From positions 108,624,001 to 108,688,000 of the forward strand of contig OX597822.1 in NCBI GenBank assembly GCA_951406725.2: a DNA stretch of 64,000 bases, written 5' to 3'. The notes below the pieces were generated by a model, which ran no database searches, was not told the DNA's origin, and was given only the letters and a program-made list of their open reading frames with translations. The stretch's first letter is position 1, and each line of letters begins with the position of its first letter. This document shows positions 50,946 through 64,000 of the stretch, one piece after another. The position numbers and the translations under genes are program-made. This stretch comes from Octopus vulgaris. Taxonomy: Eukaryota.

Positions 50946-53714
50946 ACATCCATCCATACATGCATAGGTACATGCATACATACACACCAAGTACATAGAT
51001 TGGATCAACATAGCAGTATAACAGTGAGTCATTAAACAGTGAATTGCCCAATTAATTATAGAATTTCCACAACAGTGGACAACGAAGAATGAGCGAAATG
51101 CAGATCTGATTGCCTCAACAAGGAAAATTAATGAGTTTTGAATTAACGACGGTTTCAGTATTGTTAGTTGAGTTAATAGTAGTGTAGGGTTGTGAGATCC
51201 TGATAATGGGAATAATGATAATGATTTTGCTATCACCGTTGATGATGGACGGTTGGTATAATTGTTTATCCAAGAACGAATGAGCGCATGAAAGAAGACA
51301 TATCATCCAAAGCCCTCTGCTATATTTTTTAAAAATCATGTTGTGTTTTTCTTTGTATGGGGAGACAGCATTGTTAGATTTATGGGATTTTAATCTGCAA
51401 TTTTACAACAACTGATGCAACAGGCAATATATATTTCTGTTTTTGTTAAACTATTCTTTAGTAGCGCTGAGAGCACAAGTGATGTTTATGGCATGTGTGA
51501 TTGATAACAATAACTTTGGGGCTAACTGTGGTGGTAATTTGATTATTCTTATATACACGGAAGTAAAAATGGATTAAATCGACACTTGTCAAACGTTCGC
51601 AGCTAGAACAATCATAATACGCATATATGGTTATTTTGAAGACATCCATTACTAACTGCTAATTTTGGCTACTATTTGTGTTAGACTGAGAGATGGCGTA
51701 TTGGCTTTGTGATATCTCATGGTAGTGATATTAGTGATTTGAATCAATAGGTGAATCTATTAGCTGTGATGGCATCAGTGACGTTGTTCGTTCCGTTGAT
51801 AGTGATCGTAGATGTAGTAGTAAATGAAGGTCGACCTGCCTGTAGATGGCAGGAGATTAAGTGCTGATGTTTGAGATCGTAATTTGAAATTGTATTTTAA
51901 TGTGGATATCGTAGAAAACTTTAGATAATACAATGTTAAAATTCTGGTCGTGGTGGCAGTGTTAGTCATGGTTGTGCAGATATTTTCAGTAGCGACTAGA
52001 GCGTTGCTTCTACAGTTTTAGTGGTGGAGGTAATCATAGGTAGTGAAGATTTCCATTCTCTATATTCTATATCATTGATTTGTTCCGTGCTATTTCTGAG
52101 AACAAACAATTAGATGAATTCGATATCACTCTTTGTACATCTTTAGCTGCTTGTGATATGGCATCAGTTGACACGAACTTTGATAACTCATGCAAGGTTA
52201 CAGATCACTGGGAATAGCATTCACAAAAATATCTTTTTATAGGAATATGACAATTTCCTCTCTTTCCTATAACTAATTACGATAACTGAATATAACGTGG
52301 GATCATTATTGAAACACGATAATGCATACCTTAGCAACATCGCTTAAATAACCCCATGTCACAATAAATGCTAGGTTTCGCATAATACTTAATGGTTTGA
52401 TATTGTCCTCCTTTATATGTAACATTTCAAAACATTCATAACAAACAATAATTTTCCTTTTCAGGGACAGAATAGTTATTCTTCATGACTTGCTAACAAA
52501 CAACAGACCTTATATAACTAGTTAGTTTCAATATTGAGATCTTACAGTGACAATGCACACACATACTCTAGTGCATCACCAGCATAGAGTCAATTACAGA
52601 TGGTCATTGCAACGTTCAGTCGACAACACAGTTTAACAAATACCAAATTACATCGCTTTGCTCCTATTAGCTCTTCGAAAAGGATATCCCCTCCTAAGAA
52701 CTGACTAGATATAAGACCATCTCAACCGCTCCGCCTTTACAAACTACTCTATCTTGTTTTCATAAATTCACCGATTTTTGCTTCTCCGATCCAACACGAA
52801 AAACTGTTTGAAGATTTCTATTTACTGATAAGCAACAAATCTACCGAGATCTACAATTCCCAAACAAGATGCTTCGACCTTCAAGAACAACCTTCAAATG
52901 TCATAAGACGATTTCCCGTTCCAGTTCCAGTCACATAATTATATAAAATACAATACGGTGCTCATTCGTGGGCGTATAATATGATACTCTTTTATAGGAT
53001 TTAGAGTACTCTACTCATATTATTTATAATTCATACTGTGATTTATAATATTAGTTTGATTGTTGCAAGATTTGGATGAATGGTGTTTAAAAAGCAAATT
53101 CGATCCCCGGTACATCAATGTCATTTGATCTCCTCCCCAAATGCTCTTGAGCTATATACATTACTGTGACCTCTCACCTGTTACTGTTTCGAACTCAACA
53201 AATGCAATCAACTACCATTTGGTGATTTGGGCTAGGATATGTCGCAGTTCTCTTCAATAAAATATAGCATTTACTGTGTTAATATCAACAATATTTTTCC
53301 TTCAATCGAAGTGTAACATACATTAACGTGCCTCATGATCGGATAAGATTAAGAAGAGATATATGCCACTCTACCAAATCACTTTCTCTCTCTTTTCTCT
53401 CATCTCCACTACCCAACACTCTCTCTCTCTCTCTCTCTCTCTCTACGCTATGCAATATGATTGATTAATAAACATCACTAACATCGATTCAATAACACAA
53501 AGTTAGTTTTATGATGGAACGAAGTTACGGATGAACGCATGTGTGGAAATGTGAATAATGTTAACGTCGCATTTTTGTGTGTATTTTTGTATAATATCGC
53601 AATTTTTGTGTATATACGATTTTGTGTAGAAATGACCAAAATTTTACATAAACCTGTTATTTTTGCCCAGTGTTTTGGTATTGTGGTAGAACTTGTGCAC
53701 GTTTTTGAAAGTTA

Positions 53715-54520
53715 ATCCTCTGTCCGAGTCGCGTAAGCCTGGATCAAAGCAAGCATGACATTTGACACATTTAAAAGGCAAATAGCATCCTCATTGGCTG
53801 AACTGCAAGATCAAAACTCCTCGAGACCTTGCCAGAGATGCTTACACTGATAATGATGCTATACTTGTCAATTTTGGAATAGATAATATGTTTTGAAGTG
53901 CTCAGCAGAATTCAAAACCTTTTTGCCTGCCTATAACAAACGATGAAACATCGTTTCCTTTCCCGAGAAACTGTGTGCAACATTGTTACAAAGTGAAATG
54001 TATGAGATTTCTCTGGCATGTGCCTAAGAATGATTTTGGTGAGAACAACATTGCATATATTACAAGCAATCTTGCTATTTTATGACTCTTTTTAGTAGGT
54101 TAGAGGCTGATAGACAGTCCTGGAAAGTTTACGACTAATGACTACAGAATTTCTCGATAGAGTCGGTGGTCATGATCTCTTAGGATGGATTAACTCCCTT
54201 AGCTTTCGACTCTTTACAGGCAGTCAAATAAAATTGTAATATGGATTTATGCTTGCTGTCCTTCTTCTCCTAGTCTGGCAGCCGAACCTGGAATGCTCAC
54301 CAAGTTTCATCTCTAGTGTCGTTGTAGAATGTGTGGATTTTTCTAGCAGCTGATTCGAATTTGTAAGTACTCCTGCTACTGAGATAGACCTCCGTTGATC
54401 TTTTGCTGGGCTCATCCGTTCTGTGACAGGTGTTCGTCCTTTCTTGAATGATTTTTAGTAACCACATCACCAAATAATCCTGGTTGATAGATGATTTAGT
54501 TACGTAAGATTTGTCCATAC
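53715..54520 (-). mobile_element. Very degraded RTE-like LINE fragments
   Basis: ILQF/SANEDAICLLNVSNVMLALIQAYATRTE resembles the APE xIxAYAPT motif. RLFGDV...DTRDETW*AFQVRLP resembles RTE C-termini (RWFGH...DR..WR). Order and extent uncertain. Confidence 0.4.
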
Positions 54521-55329
54521 AACAGACTGCACCAAGCTCTATGTTAGAAATAGCACTCTTAGGCGATCTAGCATAACTGACACAACAATTTCTCTTTAAA
54601 GATTACAAAATGCGTTCTTCTGCTCATGCATTGTGGTGATCTTTTTTGATTGTGCTAAGAGGAAATAAGTCTTTATTAGTAAAACATTTCCTCTTTAGAT
54701 AGAGATTAAGAATCACTACTCTTTTAGGTAGCAATAGCTATAGTTTAACAAATACTGAGATAAAGTAATCACAGTTTAGTTTATGATTCGTTTCTTTATA
54801 ATTACAATTGAACCATGAATTATTATCCTGTTTCTTTTTTATATAAATTTACTTTCGCTAAATATGGTGCCATTTACAATAAATTCATGCATTGCTATAG
54901 CGAAGTTATATTACTAAGCATAAAGCTACTTTAGAAGATAAAATTAAAATTTAACATTTGTATAACCTCAGAAATTATGGAAAAGGATACGCACATTGGA
55001 AATTGTGGATACTACTCGAGCAGGAATTTGTTCATTTAACAAATAAAGAGAAATATAAAAAGCAATATCGTCACTTTTGGAACACTGCAAGCAAAAGCAT
55101 AACTGCAAACAATTCTTTCAAATTTAAACACAATGTCAGTAAATTTAGTGGCAGTGTTCTTCACTGGTACTTCATTTTATCAATACCAAAATTATGAAAA
55201 GCAAATTGTTTTGAATACAAATAGTAAAGTGCTGAAAAATATCTCCTTCAATATTTTTAGTCCGATGCTCAAACTATCCTATGAGATTGCTGACGTAATA
55301 GTTTCAAATTTTGTCAGATGAGCAGCAAT

Positions 55330-55735
55330 TTTTGAGGGGCGAATAGACCCCAAGATTCTGCTGGTTTTTGCATCGTCCCCAATGTTCTATTGGTAATTTG
55401 TTTATCGGCCTTGAAAGGATGAAAGGTAAATTCAATCTCAGCGGAAATTATAGTCAGACATAATGAGCTGCTGAAATGCCGTTAAGATTTCTCTTATTTG
55501 CTAGCGATTGTGGTAGCTCAACATTTTTAACATTAATTATTTACAAAAGTTAGCATTGTGTTAGAATTTTTTCCTGGAGTGACCATGTCGATTTCATCCA
55601 TTCCAGCTGTTGTCATGCACTTTATTTTATAGGTATTCGAAAAAATTAAAAGTAAAGTTGACCTCGGCATGATTTGAGCTCAGAAACTAAAACGTTGAAA
55701 GAAAAGCCGATATGCATTTTGATCGATGCGCTAAG
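55330..55735 (-). mobile_element. Two adjacent degraded SINE family B-like copies
   Basis: TTTATCGGCCTTGAAAGGATGAAAGGTAAA (~55420) and AAAGTAAAGTTGACCTCGGCATGATTTGAGCTCAGAA (~55650) match the reverse complement of the family B core. Confidence 0.6.
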
Positions 55736-57443
55736 TTAAACACCTTATACTCGCAAATATATAATAAAAGGGTTCAAAACACTACATTATTCCTTCGTGA
55801 AAGCAATGCAAATATACATTGTAAAAATACATTGTAAAATGCCTGTTTCTTTGAAAATGGCTTCAGTTTCATGGCAAATTATGTATCAAAAATAAAATGT
55901 TGCTGTATGTGCAGGTGTAAAGTGATCTGATTTGTGTATGATCACTATTTTTCGCAAGCAATCGAGGATATATGACAATACAAAAAGCTTCAATGTGTGT
56001 AGTCAAAACGTTTTAATTTCTAATATCTCAATTTTAAACAAATGTAGAATCATTATATCAATCAGAATATGGTTGAAAGTAATCTTCTTAGAATGGAAAT
56101 TGTCACGCATACAACCATTTAATTATATGTCATATCACGCATTAACATATTGTATTAACTTTATTCATAAATATTCCAACTATAGATTTATAATTAAACA
56201 CAAATTTACTAGTAATTTCTTGTTTCAAATATACATATAAGAGCTCAACATTTGAGAAGTAAGCGTTTCATTCCTTTAGATATATAGGCGTTTAGAAAGC
56301 TGAAATACTTAGGCGCCTGTACAAAACTGAACTCAAGGCAGAAAGCGATGCTAAAGCCCTAAACCTTCAGTTTAGATTAATAAGTGCATTTCTGAATTAG
56401 TTAAATATTAGTCCACTATTAGTTTGCTGCTCCTTGTTTCCAATGCACTTTCCCAATCATAGTTATTGTTAAGAGATTAGTGGAGCATACGTGATACTTG
56501 TATATACATATTTATTGAAGTTGAATCCAATTTCGTGTATTCTGTTACGAATACTTTCATAGGAAACGTATTGGTTGGTTGAATTTTAAATGAATGATAC
56601 ATAATTCTTAGAAGCAAAAAATTAACAACGACTGATAATATCGTAACCCGACAATTCTTTGGCAACTACAAATTGGGCAAATATCATGGTGCAAACTCTA
56701 ATATGTTATGGCATGTGTCAGGCAATATGCATGCAAATGCAAACCTAGGATCATATTTAATGCGCATGAGGTCCACTTAGTGGGGCGCAAAAGACCCGAA
56801 GATGTTCATCACGTTCAGGAGAAACATTAATAATTAGGGAAGTTGTTTCTGAAAGACCTACTGAAATCTAACCATTTTCAAAAACACTATCTCTGGTTGG
56901 ATAAAGTCTAACGTATCCGTAATAAAAAATGGGTCACTGAATTACGTAGTTCAACATGTCCTTATTTGACAAGAGTTGAAATCGCAAGAGAAAGCTCATG
57001 CAAAGATCATTTTGTAAAATAAAAATGCACATACGAATTATATTACATTCACGAACCAAGTTGACAATAACAAAAAAAAAAACCTATCACTAAAGCTGTG
57101 ATTAATTTGTTCCGATTATCTTTAGGTTCTTTCACTGGATGGGAGTTTGTGTATAGAAATGGCGTTTTGATTAAGCTTACAAATGAAAGGCGGTTTCTTG
57201 TGTTACCACCTGATACACTGAACTCATTTACGATAGTTAATTTCTTACTTTACTATAAAGTAATCACTCATTCTTATTTTCAATTTAATTCACGTATTTC
57301 AATAATGAAGCGTAATTAACTTTACCGAATTTGCATGTGTTGGCACATGCAAATTTTTTAATTGGATTTTCGAAAACAAAAGCTATTCTGATTAACTAGC
57401 AACTTTATAATAGCGAAAGTAATCCCACACATATCCTCACGTA

Positions 57444-57506
<63 letters not shown>

Positions 57507-57509
57507 GCA

Positions 57510-57680
57510 TCATCATATAGAAGGAAATATTTGATGTCATGTCTTCCAGCTCTTAACATTCTGACTTCAAATACTGTCGAGATTAAGGTGGCCTTTCAAG
57601 ACTGCAAGCTTGATAATATATCCTAGCAGTCAAGCATTGAGTTACATTGTTTCAGTTGACCCCCACTAACCTGAAAACAA
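57510..57680 (+). mobile_element. Degraded SINE family B-like copy between (TTA)n and (TAA)n tracts
   Basis: ACATTCTGACTTCAAATACTGTCGAGATTAAGGTGGCCTTTCA parallels ACGTTCTGAGTTCAAATTCCGCCGAGATCGACTTTGCCTTTCA of family B. Confidence 0.5.
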
Positions 57681-57691
57681 CCTTTTGAGGA

Positions 57692-57692
<1 letters not shown>

Positions 57693-57753
<61 letters not shown>

Positions 57754-57930
57754 TAATAATAATATTAATAATAATAATAATAATAATTATTATTATTATT
57801 GTTATCATTATCATTATTATTATTATTATCATTTTTATTTTTAATATTATTATTATTATTATTATTGTTATTATTATTATTAGTAGTAGTATTAATATTA
57901 GTATTAGTAATAGTATTATTTTTACTACTG
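57693..57930. repeat. (TAA)n switching to (TTA)n microsatellite
   Basis: Directly visible strand flip near 57787. Confidence 0.95.
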
Positions 57931-58431
57931 GTATCTGATTTTTTTCTATACGCTCTGTTTCCACTTCATGCTGCGTTTCTTCTCGGTACCCAAGGAAAAA
58001 AGATCTTACACTATTCATCGATAAGCCATTAAAATTAGCACACAAGATTATTCCCTTACAAAATAAAGTGAAGTTACGTAAAGAAAAAAGTATATATATT
58101 TTTATATGGGTGATAATAATTTCTCAGAATGACAATGTACTTCTCAATATCTGTGACCTATAACTTAAAACAAACATTTACACTTCTTGCATTGAAATAA
58201 TAATGAAAACGCATGTGAGTTCAACATAAGCCGAATGGCCTGCATATATGATTTGCTTATAGTGTTTAGATATACGTATGTTCTTTATATTGGTTCTGTC
58301 GTCAATCAAATCGACGTTGGCTAAAGAGGTGCACGGTGTAACAGGCGTCAGATGTCGAAGTGATCAAGGGGAAACGTGAAATGACATGCGTTCATCATAA
58401 TAGTGATAATAATGATTCCTTCATAATAATA

Positions 58432-58469
<38 letters not shown>

Positions 58470-58491
58470 AATGATAATAATAATAATAATG

Positions 58492-58546
<55 letters not shown>

Positions 58547-58599
58547 TAACAATAACAATAATAATAATAATAATAATATAACTACTTCTTTTAATACAA

Positions 58600-59570
58600 A
58601 GTAGCATATTCCCTAATGAGCAAAAAGGATGTAAACGTGGATCTTAGAAGATTGTCACAAACGACACAAAAAAACTAGTCAATGGCCTGGATAGACTATA
58701 AAAGGCTTTTGATAGCCTACTGCATAGCTGGAGTAAGAAATGTCTGCAAATGTATAAAATAGCACCTACCCAGCGAAACATTTTATTTGTAAGCATGCGT
58801 TCATGGATAACCACACTAACTTTGAACATTGACAATGGATCTCTAAATGCTGGAGATGTAAAAAATTTCCAGGGTGACTCACTATCACCGCTTCACTTTT
58901 GTCTCGCCTTAGTACCACTCTCAAAATTGCTTAATGATGCACAGTACGGTTACAAAATGTTTGATAAAAATATAAATCATCTCTTTTACATGGGTGATTT
59001 AAAGCTCTTTAAAAAAAAAAAAGACTAATTACGCAAGGGATAACTGGTGATTGTTAAACAATTCAGTGATGACATCAGTATGCAATTTGGCCTCGAAAAT
59101 CTCGAAAATGTTCAAAAGCTGCCTTTATCAAAGGAAAAATGACAGAAACATCTAACGTTAACCTTGACCAGCAGAATGTTATAAAATAGGGTAAACCAGT
59201 GGGAAGCTACAAATACCTAGTGTTACTTGAAGGAGATGGAATCAGACATTCAGTGATGAAGGAAAGGATCAGAAGAGAATGTTAACACAGAGTAAGCGCA
59301 GTAACCAAGACAGGGCTAAATTCAAGAAAGAGGATCGAAGCGATCAATGCTTTCGCCATACCGTTCGTGACTTAAAGTTTCAATATCGTAACAGGTCAGT
59401 TACTGAAATATGTAATCTTGACAGAAAAACACGAAAACCGTTGACAATGCATAGAATAAACCACACTAAGGCATATATAAAACGAATTTATTTGCCAAGA
59501 AAAGATGGAGTCTGTGGACTTTTACACCTGGCATTAACTATGAAGATTGCCACAATTGCCGTATACATCT
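58600..59570 (+). mobile_element. R4/Dong-clade RT fragment following a (TGA)n(TAA)n tract
   Basis: PNEQKGCKRGS, AWIDYKKAFDS, FQGDSLSPLHFCLALVPLS, INHLFYMGDLKLF, YKYL, LDRKTRK.LTMH, RIYLPRKDG..GL. Confidence 0.88.
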
Positions 59571-59642
59571 ATTATTATTATTATTATTAGTGCTAGTAGT
59601 AGTAGTAGTAGTAGTAGTAGTAGCAGCAGCAGTAGTAGTAGT

Positions 59643-59725
<83 letters not shown>

Positions 59726-59769
59726 TTACTACTACTACTACTACTACTACTACTACCACTACTACTACT

Positions 59770-60120
59770 AGACGACTAAGAGGCTTAAACAGAAAATCCA
59801 TTTCTGACAATATAAGAGAAGTTGTCTGATCCCACTTCTGCACGGATGATATTTTGGAGTAGATTGAAGTTGCACATATACCCATTTTTGATAATTCTAC
59901 GTTCAAATAATCTTATTTTCCGATGTTTCCTTACAGCTATGTTTGAAATAGTTTCCTCTGAAACAACTGCAGTGTCTACTATGACACATACTTCCTTGCG
60001 TTCCATGAATAGTGATATCCATTCTATGTTCACAAATCCTATTTCAGAATCTGTGGTTTATCAATATTCCTCACTGCCTTTTCTGGTAAATATTTTTAAC
60101 CAGACGACTGCCTTATGATT
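59770..60120 (-). mobile_element. R4/Dong-like restriction-like endonuclease fragment, convergent with the upstream RT
   Basis: ERKEVCVIVDTAVVSEETISNIAVRKHRK and VELSKMG parallel C.IID.AVP.D.NI.....EK..KY..L..E..RMW; degraded. Confidence 0.55.
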
Positions 60121-62028
60121 TGAAATGCAAATAACATAGTAAGATGTATAAAGAAAAATTTCAAATCTAAGGCATTCATTTGGTGCTTTACAATTATTTC
60201 CACTAATTATAGATTGAAATTCAATTAATTTATCATATAATATTAAATGATATTTGAGATTACCGAGTATTAGTCCTTTATACTGTAAATAGTATTGTTG
60301 AATTATTGATTTCCTGTATTTTTATTAATAATAGACATTTCCTTTAATAACATAGTGATTGGATCAAATATGATGTACCTGGATATATATATATATATAT
60401 ATATACTGAATTACAAGGTCATATTAGATTGAGCGAAATCAGTACGTACAATGCCATCGAGGCAGTGACATATATATTTCAGAATTATATCTCAGATTAA
60501 CTTACATATACGTTATTACTGTTACACGCACACTATTCTCATTGTCTTTGAGGATACACATATTAAGAAAAAAAGATATATCATTGATATACTGTGAAAA
60601 GTAGTTCGTATATCCACAAGCTTGATAACCTCATAGTTAAGCTTTCAAGTGATGATATTTGTCCTACAATTATGAAGTATCAAGTACAAAGCTATATCTT
60701 GATAATTTTGAGGTACAGTTGATATTCAGGATCGACTTTTGCTTTATCGTATATCGATGGTGTTAGCTATGGATAAATATTTGCATATTAGACAATGACA
60801 TTCAACTTCTTCTTCCTGTAAGAAACACATGCACTGAGGAACAAAAGAGAGAAACACTGTAAAATTACTACTGCGCCATTATTGAGATGAACTGATATAA
60901 TATAGTTCCGAAAGATATTAATTCTAACGTGAATTAATATACAGACCTTACTGTTACTTCTAGGGTTATAATAATCATAAACGTGCTTATTGACCCCTCT
61001 CAGTAAACATTTACAATGTATTTGACAAATATAAGACTTTACACTTTTCCGCAAATTGTCGCATTGGTATCAGAGAGATGATTGTGATAGTGATAGGTTT
61101 ATTACTTGCGAATATTAGGAGTTAAGAAACGATATCTCTCAGTATTGACGGCAAAACAAATTCCATTTTCTAGAATATATGCGTAATGAGAAGATATTGG
61201 AGGGTTTCTCAATTTTACAAGATCAACTATGATTGCATTAGATAATATTGCATTTGGAAATAAGCGTGTACATGAATATTACGGAAGACGTCCATATCAA
61301 AGTATACATGAGTGCCAAGATTAAAGCTCGAGTAATACTGCTAATATAGTGTTGTTATTCTGAGGGATGATCTAAACGCATTCATAAACATTAACCTGCA
61401 TTTTGGGCCGCGGGCTATTATAATTACAGTCACTGATTCATAACCTCATTTTTCGTTTTTCCAGTGAACAAGACATTTTGTTAAAATATCTTTACTGTTA
61501 CATTGACGTAATACTTGACAAAAATCTCCAAAGAAAAATTCATATATCGGTCTCTCTCTGTGTCTCTCTCAGCGTCTATCTGTTTGTCTGTCTATCTATC
61601 CATCCATCAATACATGTACATGCATGTATATGTGTTACTGTATAAGATTATGCGTGCTTTCAAAGACAAAATACAAAATAAATAGAGAACGTTAAATTTT
61701 ATTCAGCAACTTACGTCATAATTTTATGTATGTGAAGAAATTACAAATGATTTAAATATAACCTAATGTACATAATTAGAGTAGAAATTAATACTGTTAA
61801 ATAATGTTATATATCAATTTCAATTAGTGGTGAGAATGCTTAAAAACGTTTTATTGTTCATGTTTAAATAATGTACATAAGTATCTGTTTATATATGGGT
61901 ATATATATCTATACAAACATATATATATATATATATATATAATATAATATAATATAATATAATAATATATATATATATATATATATGATATAATATATAA
62001 TATAATATATATATATATACATATATAT

Positions 62029-62144
62029 ATCACGTGATCACGTGACCGACCAAACCATCAGATGCAGCTACACATCGCTGGTCACAATGCGTTTGCATTG
62101 TTTTAGCCTTCGAATGACGCCACCCCGCTGGCTAAGCGAGCAGG

Positions 62145-62148
<4 letters not shown>
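62029..62148 (-). mobile_element. 3' fragment of SINE family D within (TA)n
   Basis: Reverse complement of ~28929-29048. Confidence 0.88.
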
Positions 62149-62215
<67 letters not shown>

Positions 62216-62418
62216 AAGTAGATAAATGAATTATCTTATTACGGATAATTCAAATGATAACCGATACCTGGGTAGCAAAAATCACAACAGAAAAGGCACG
62301 GTTGAGGTTACGACCATGGGGCCTAAAATCCGTGCCTTTGTGCGGAAAATTGAAGTTTATATATTTAGTGTAGGAAGAAATGGAGCTGAACGAAGATTTA
62401 ACAAAATTCCTTTTTATT

Positions 62419-62504
62419 ATTTACTACTTATGTTTCAAAGGCTGCAAAGTCTCTAATTCGGATTTAATAAGGAGTCCATTTTGCAGCCTTCTCTTCAGGA
62501 AAAT
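62419..62504 (-). ncRNA. Type I hammerhead motif, left arm
   Basis: AUUUUC-CUGAAGA-GAAGGCUGCAAA...UUUGCAGCCUUU-GAAA-CAUAAG-UA-GUAAAU. Intact core, 12-bp stem II, GUA site, single mismatches in stems I and III. Confidence 0.75.
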
Positions 62505-62742
62505 CCAGGAACTTAATTCTCCAACAAAATGCACAGCAAGCTTTTCAACAAACGCTCACGAGGAGCCCATGGAATAAATGGCACAAACTGTCTATCTATA
62601 TGCCTTGACGCCAGGCTGGGTGAAAGCAGACGAGAAGGTCCGTTGAGATAGATAGACAGTTTGTGCCATTTATTCCATGGGCTCCTCGTGAGCGTTTGTT
62701 GAAAAGCTTGCTGTGCATTTTGTTGGAGAATTAAGTTTCTAG

Positions 62743-62826
62743 ATTTTCCTGAGAAAGGCTGCAAAATGGACTCCTTATTAAATCCGAATTAGGGACTTTG
62801 CAGCCTTTGAAACATATGTAGAAAAT
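62743..62826 (+). ncRNA. Type I hammerhead motif, right arm (core region 2 nt shorter)
   Basis: AUUUUC-CUGAGA-AAGGCUGCAAA...UUUGCAGCCUUU-GAAA-CAUAUG-UA-GAAAAU. Perfect 6-bp stem I and ACAUAUGU palindrome, damaged CUGANGA. Confidence 0.65.
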
Positions 62827-62866
62827 AATAAACAGGAATTTTGTTAAATCTTCGTTCCTACACTAT

Positions 62867-62930
<64 letters not shown>

Positions 62931-63020
62931 GGAGAGTTTACGACAAAAACAAAAGACGAAGACAGGTGGTGTACAAAACAAACAGATATATTAGTATAAC
63001 ACTCAGGAATAGAAAAGTAA

Positions 63021-63054
63021 TTTTACGTTTCGAGTCTACGCTCTTCTACAGAAA
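63021..63054 (-). ncRNA. Ultra-minimal hammerhead-like motif (A6U, extra A) in a microsatellite-flanked cassette
   Basis: UUU-CUGUAGA-A-GAGCGUAGACUC-GAAA-CG-UA-AAA. ACGU palindromic stem III, only 3-bp stem I. Confidence 0.45.
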
Positions 63055-63103
63055 GGGACATTGAAAACAAGCAGAGAAAACATGTGTGTAGTGGCTAACG
63101 ATC

Positions 63104-63229
<126 letters not shown>

Positions 63230-64000
63230 CATGCGTTCATGCATACATAAATATATGTATGTATATACGCATTGTTATATATCTACAACATGTAATATAT
63301 ATATATATATAGAATATATGATAGGTATCCATCTATGTTCGTAATTTATAAATACAAACATATATCATAATCTAAACGGAAACTATTGCTTCATAAAACT
63401 TTACATGTTATACATTATAGAGATTAAGTTTGCCGATAAAGTATCAAAGGGTTGTAATATAATCCAGTTTCAAAGAGAACAAATATCTACATTTGATAAA
63501 GGAAAAAATCGTAAGAATTAATATAAATGTTTACAATTGCACCAAGCTTATTCCTTCGATTCCGTACTGGATATCATTAGACAAAGCGAAAGTGTTATTT
63601 TAGAGAAGGAATTATGTTTTATATTAGTGTTCAAAATAGTTTATTTTTCTTTGTGAAAGAAAATATTAAAAGGCAGTAATATAGTCCACAGCGTTATATT
63701 GTTTTTCTTAAAGGAAATGGGGGAAAAAATCAATAATGGATAAACATTGGTAATGTTGAATAAGAATCCCATATATTTAGTAACGATAAACACTAAATAT
63801 CTACTTTACTGTGTTTAGATACAGGAAATCCGGTGCCTTTCGCATCAAAGCTAATGTTGGTTTTATTTTTAGAACTTGCTTATATTAATATCCTTCCAAG
63901 CAAGACAAGAGAAATGAAGCATTCTTTTGTTGAATTATTTCAAGGAAAAAAAGCAGATGTGAGATTCTTCAAGAAAAAACAAAACAAAACAAAGACAAAA

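Larger units (their letters stand above)
62366..62865. repeat. ~500-bp fold-back (arms ~220-235 bp, 48-nt loop) with a hammerhead motif in each arm
   Basis: 62366-62599 is the reverse complement of 62648-62865, with a near-perfect inner portion and one short insertion in the left arm. Confidence 0.95.

Overview
AT-rich, microsatellite-saturated, repeat-derived eukaryotic DNA. The tRNA-derived SINE families look like octopus (cephalopod) repeats; this is recognition from memory, not a database result. No host protein-coding gene, rRNA, bona fide tRNA or CRISPR array is supportable, and almost all listed ORFs are translations of (TA)n, (CA)n, (TAA)n or (TAC)n tracts. Identifiable content: a 5'-truncated Neptune-type Penelope-like element (RT + GIY-YIG, 41.7-43.2 kb), relics of Hero-, R4/Dong-, RTE- and CR1/L2-group LINEs, Tc1 and mariner relics, at least four SINE families and four long inverted repeats. 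The most notable signal is a dispersed set of short cassettes, mostly in or beside (TA)n tracts, carrying minimal type I hammerhead ribozyme motifs (CUGANGA...GAAA...UH) with palindromic stem III. One lies in the Penelope-like element's 3' region, several stand alone, and two sit in opposite arms of a ~500-bp fold-back. Hammerheads in Penelope-like elements are known; the density, recurrent core variants and fold-back double-ribozyme arrangement are what merit follow-up. All alignments and folds were done by eye, so edges are approximate.
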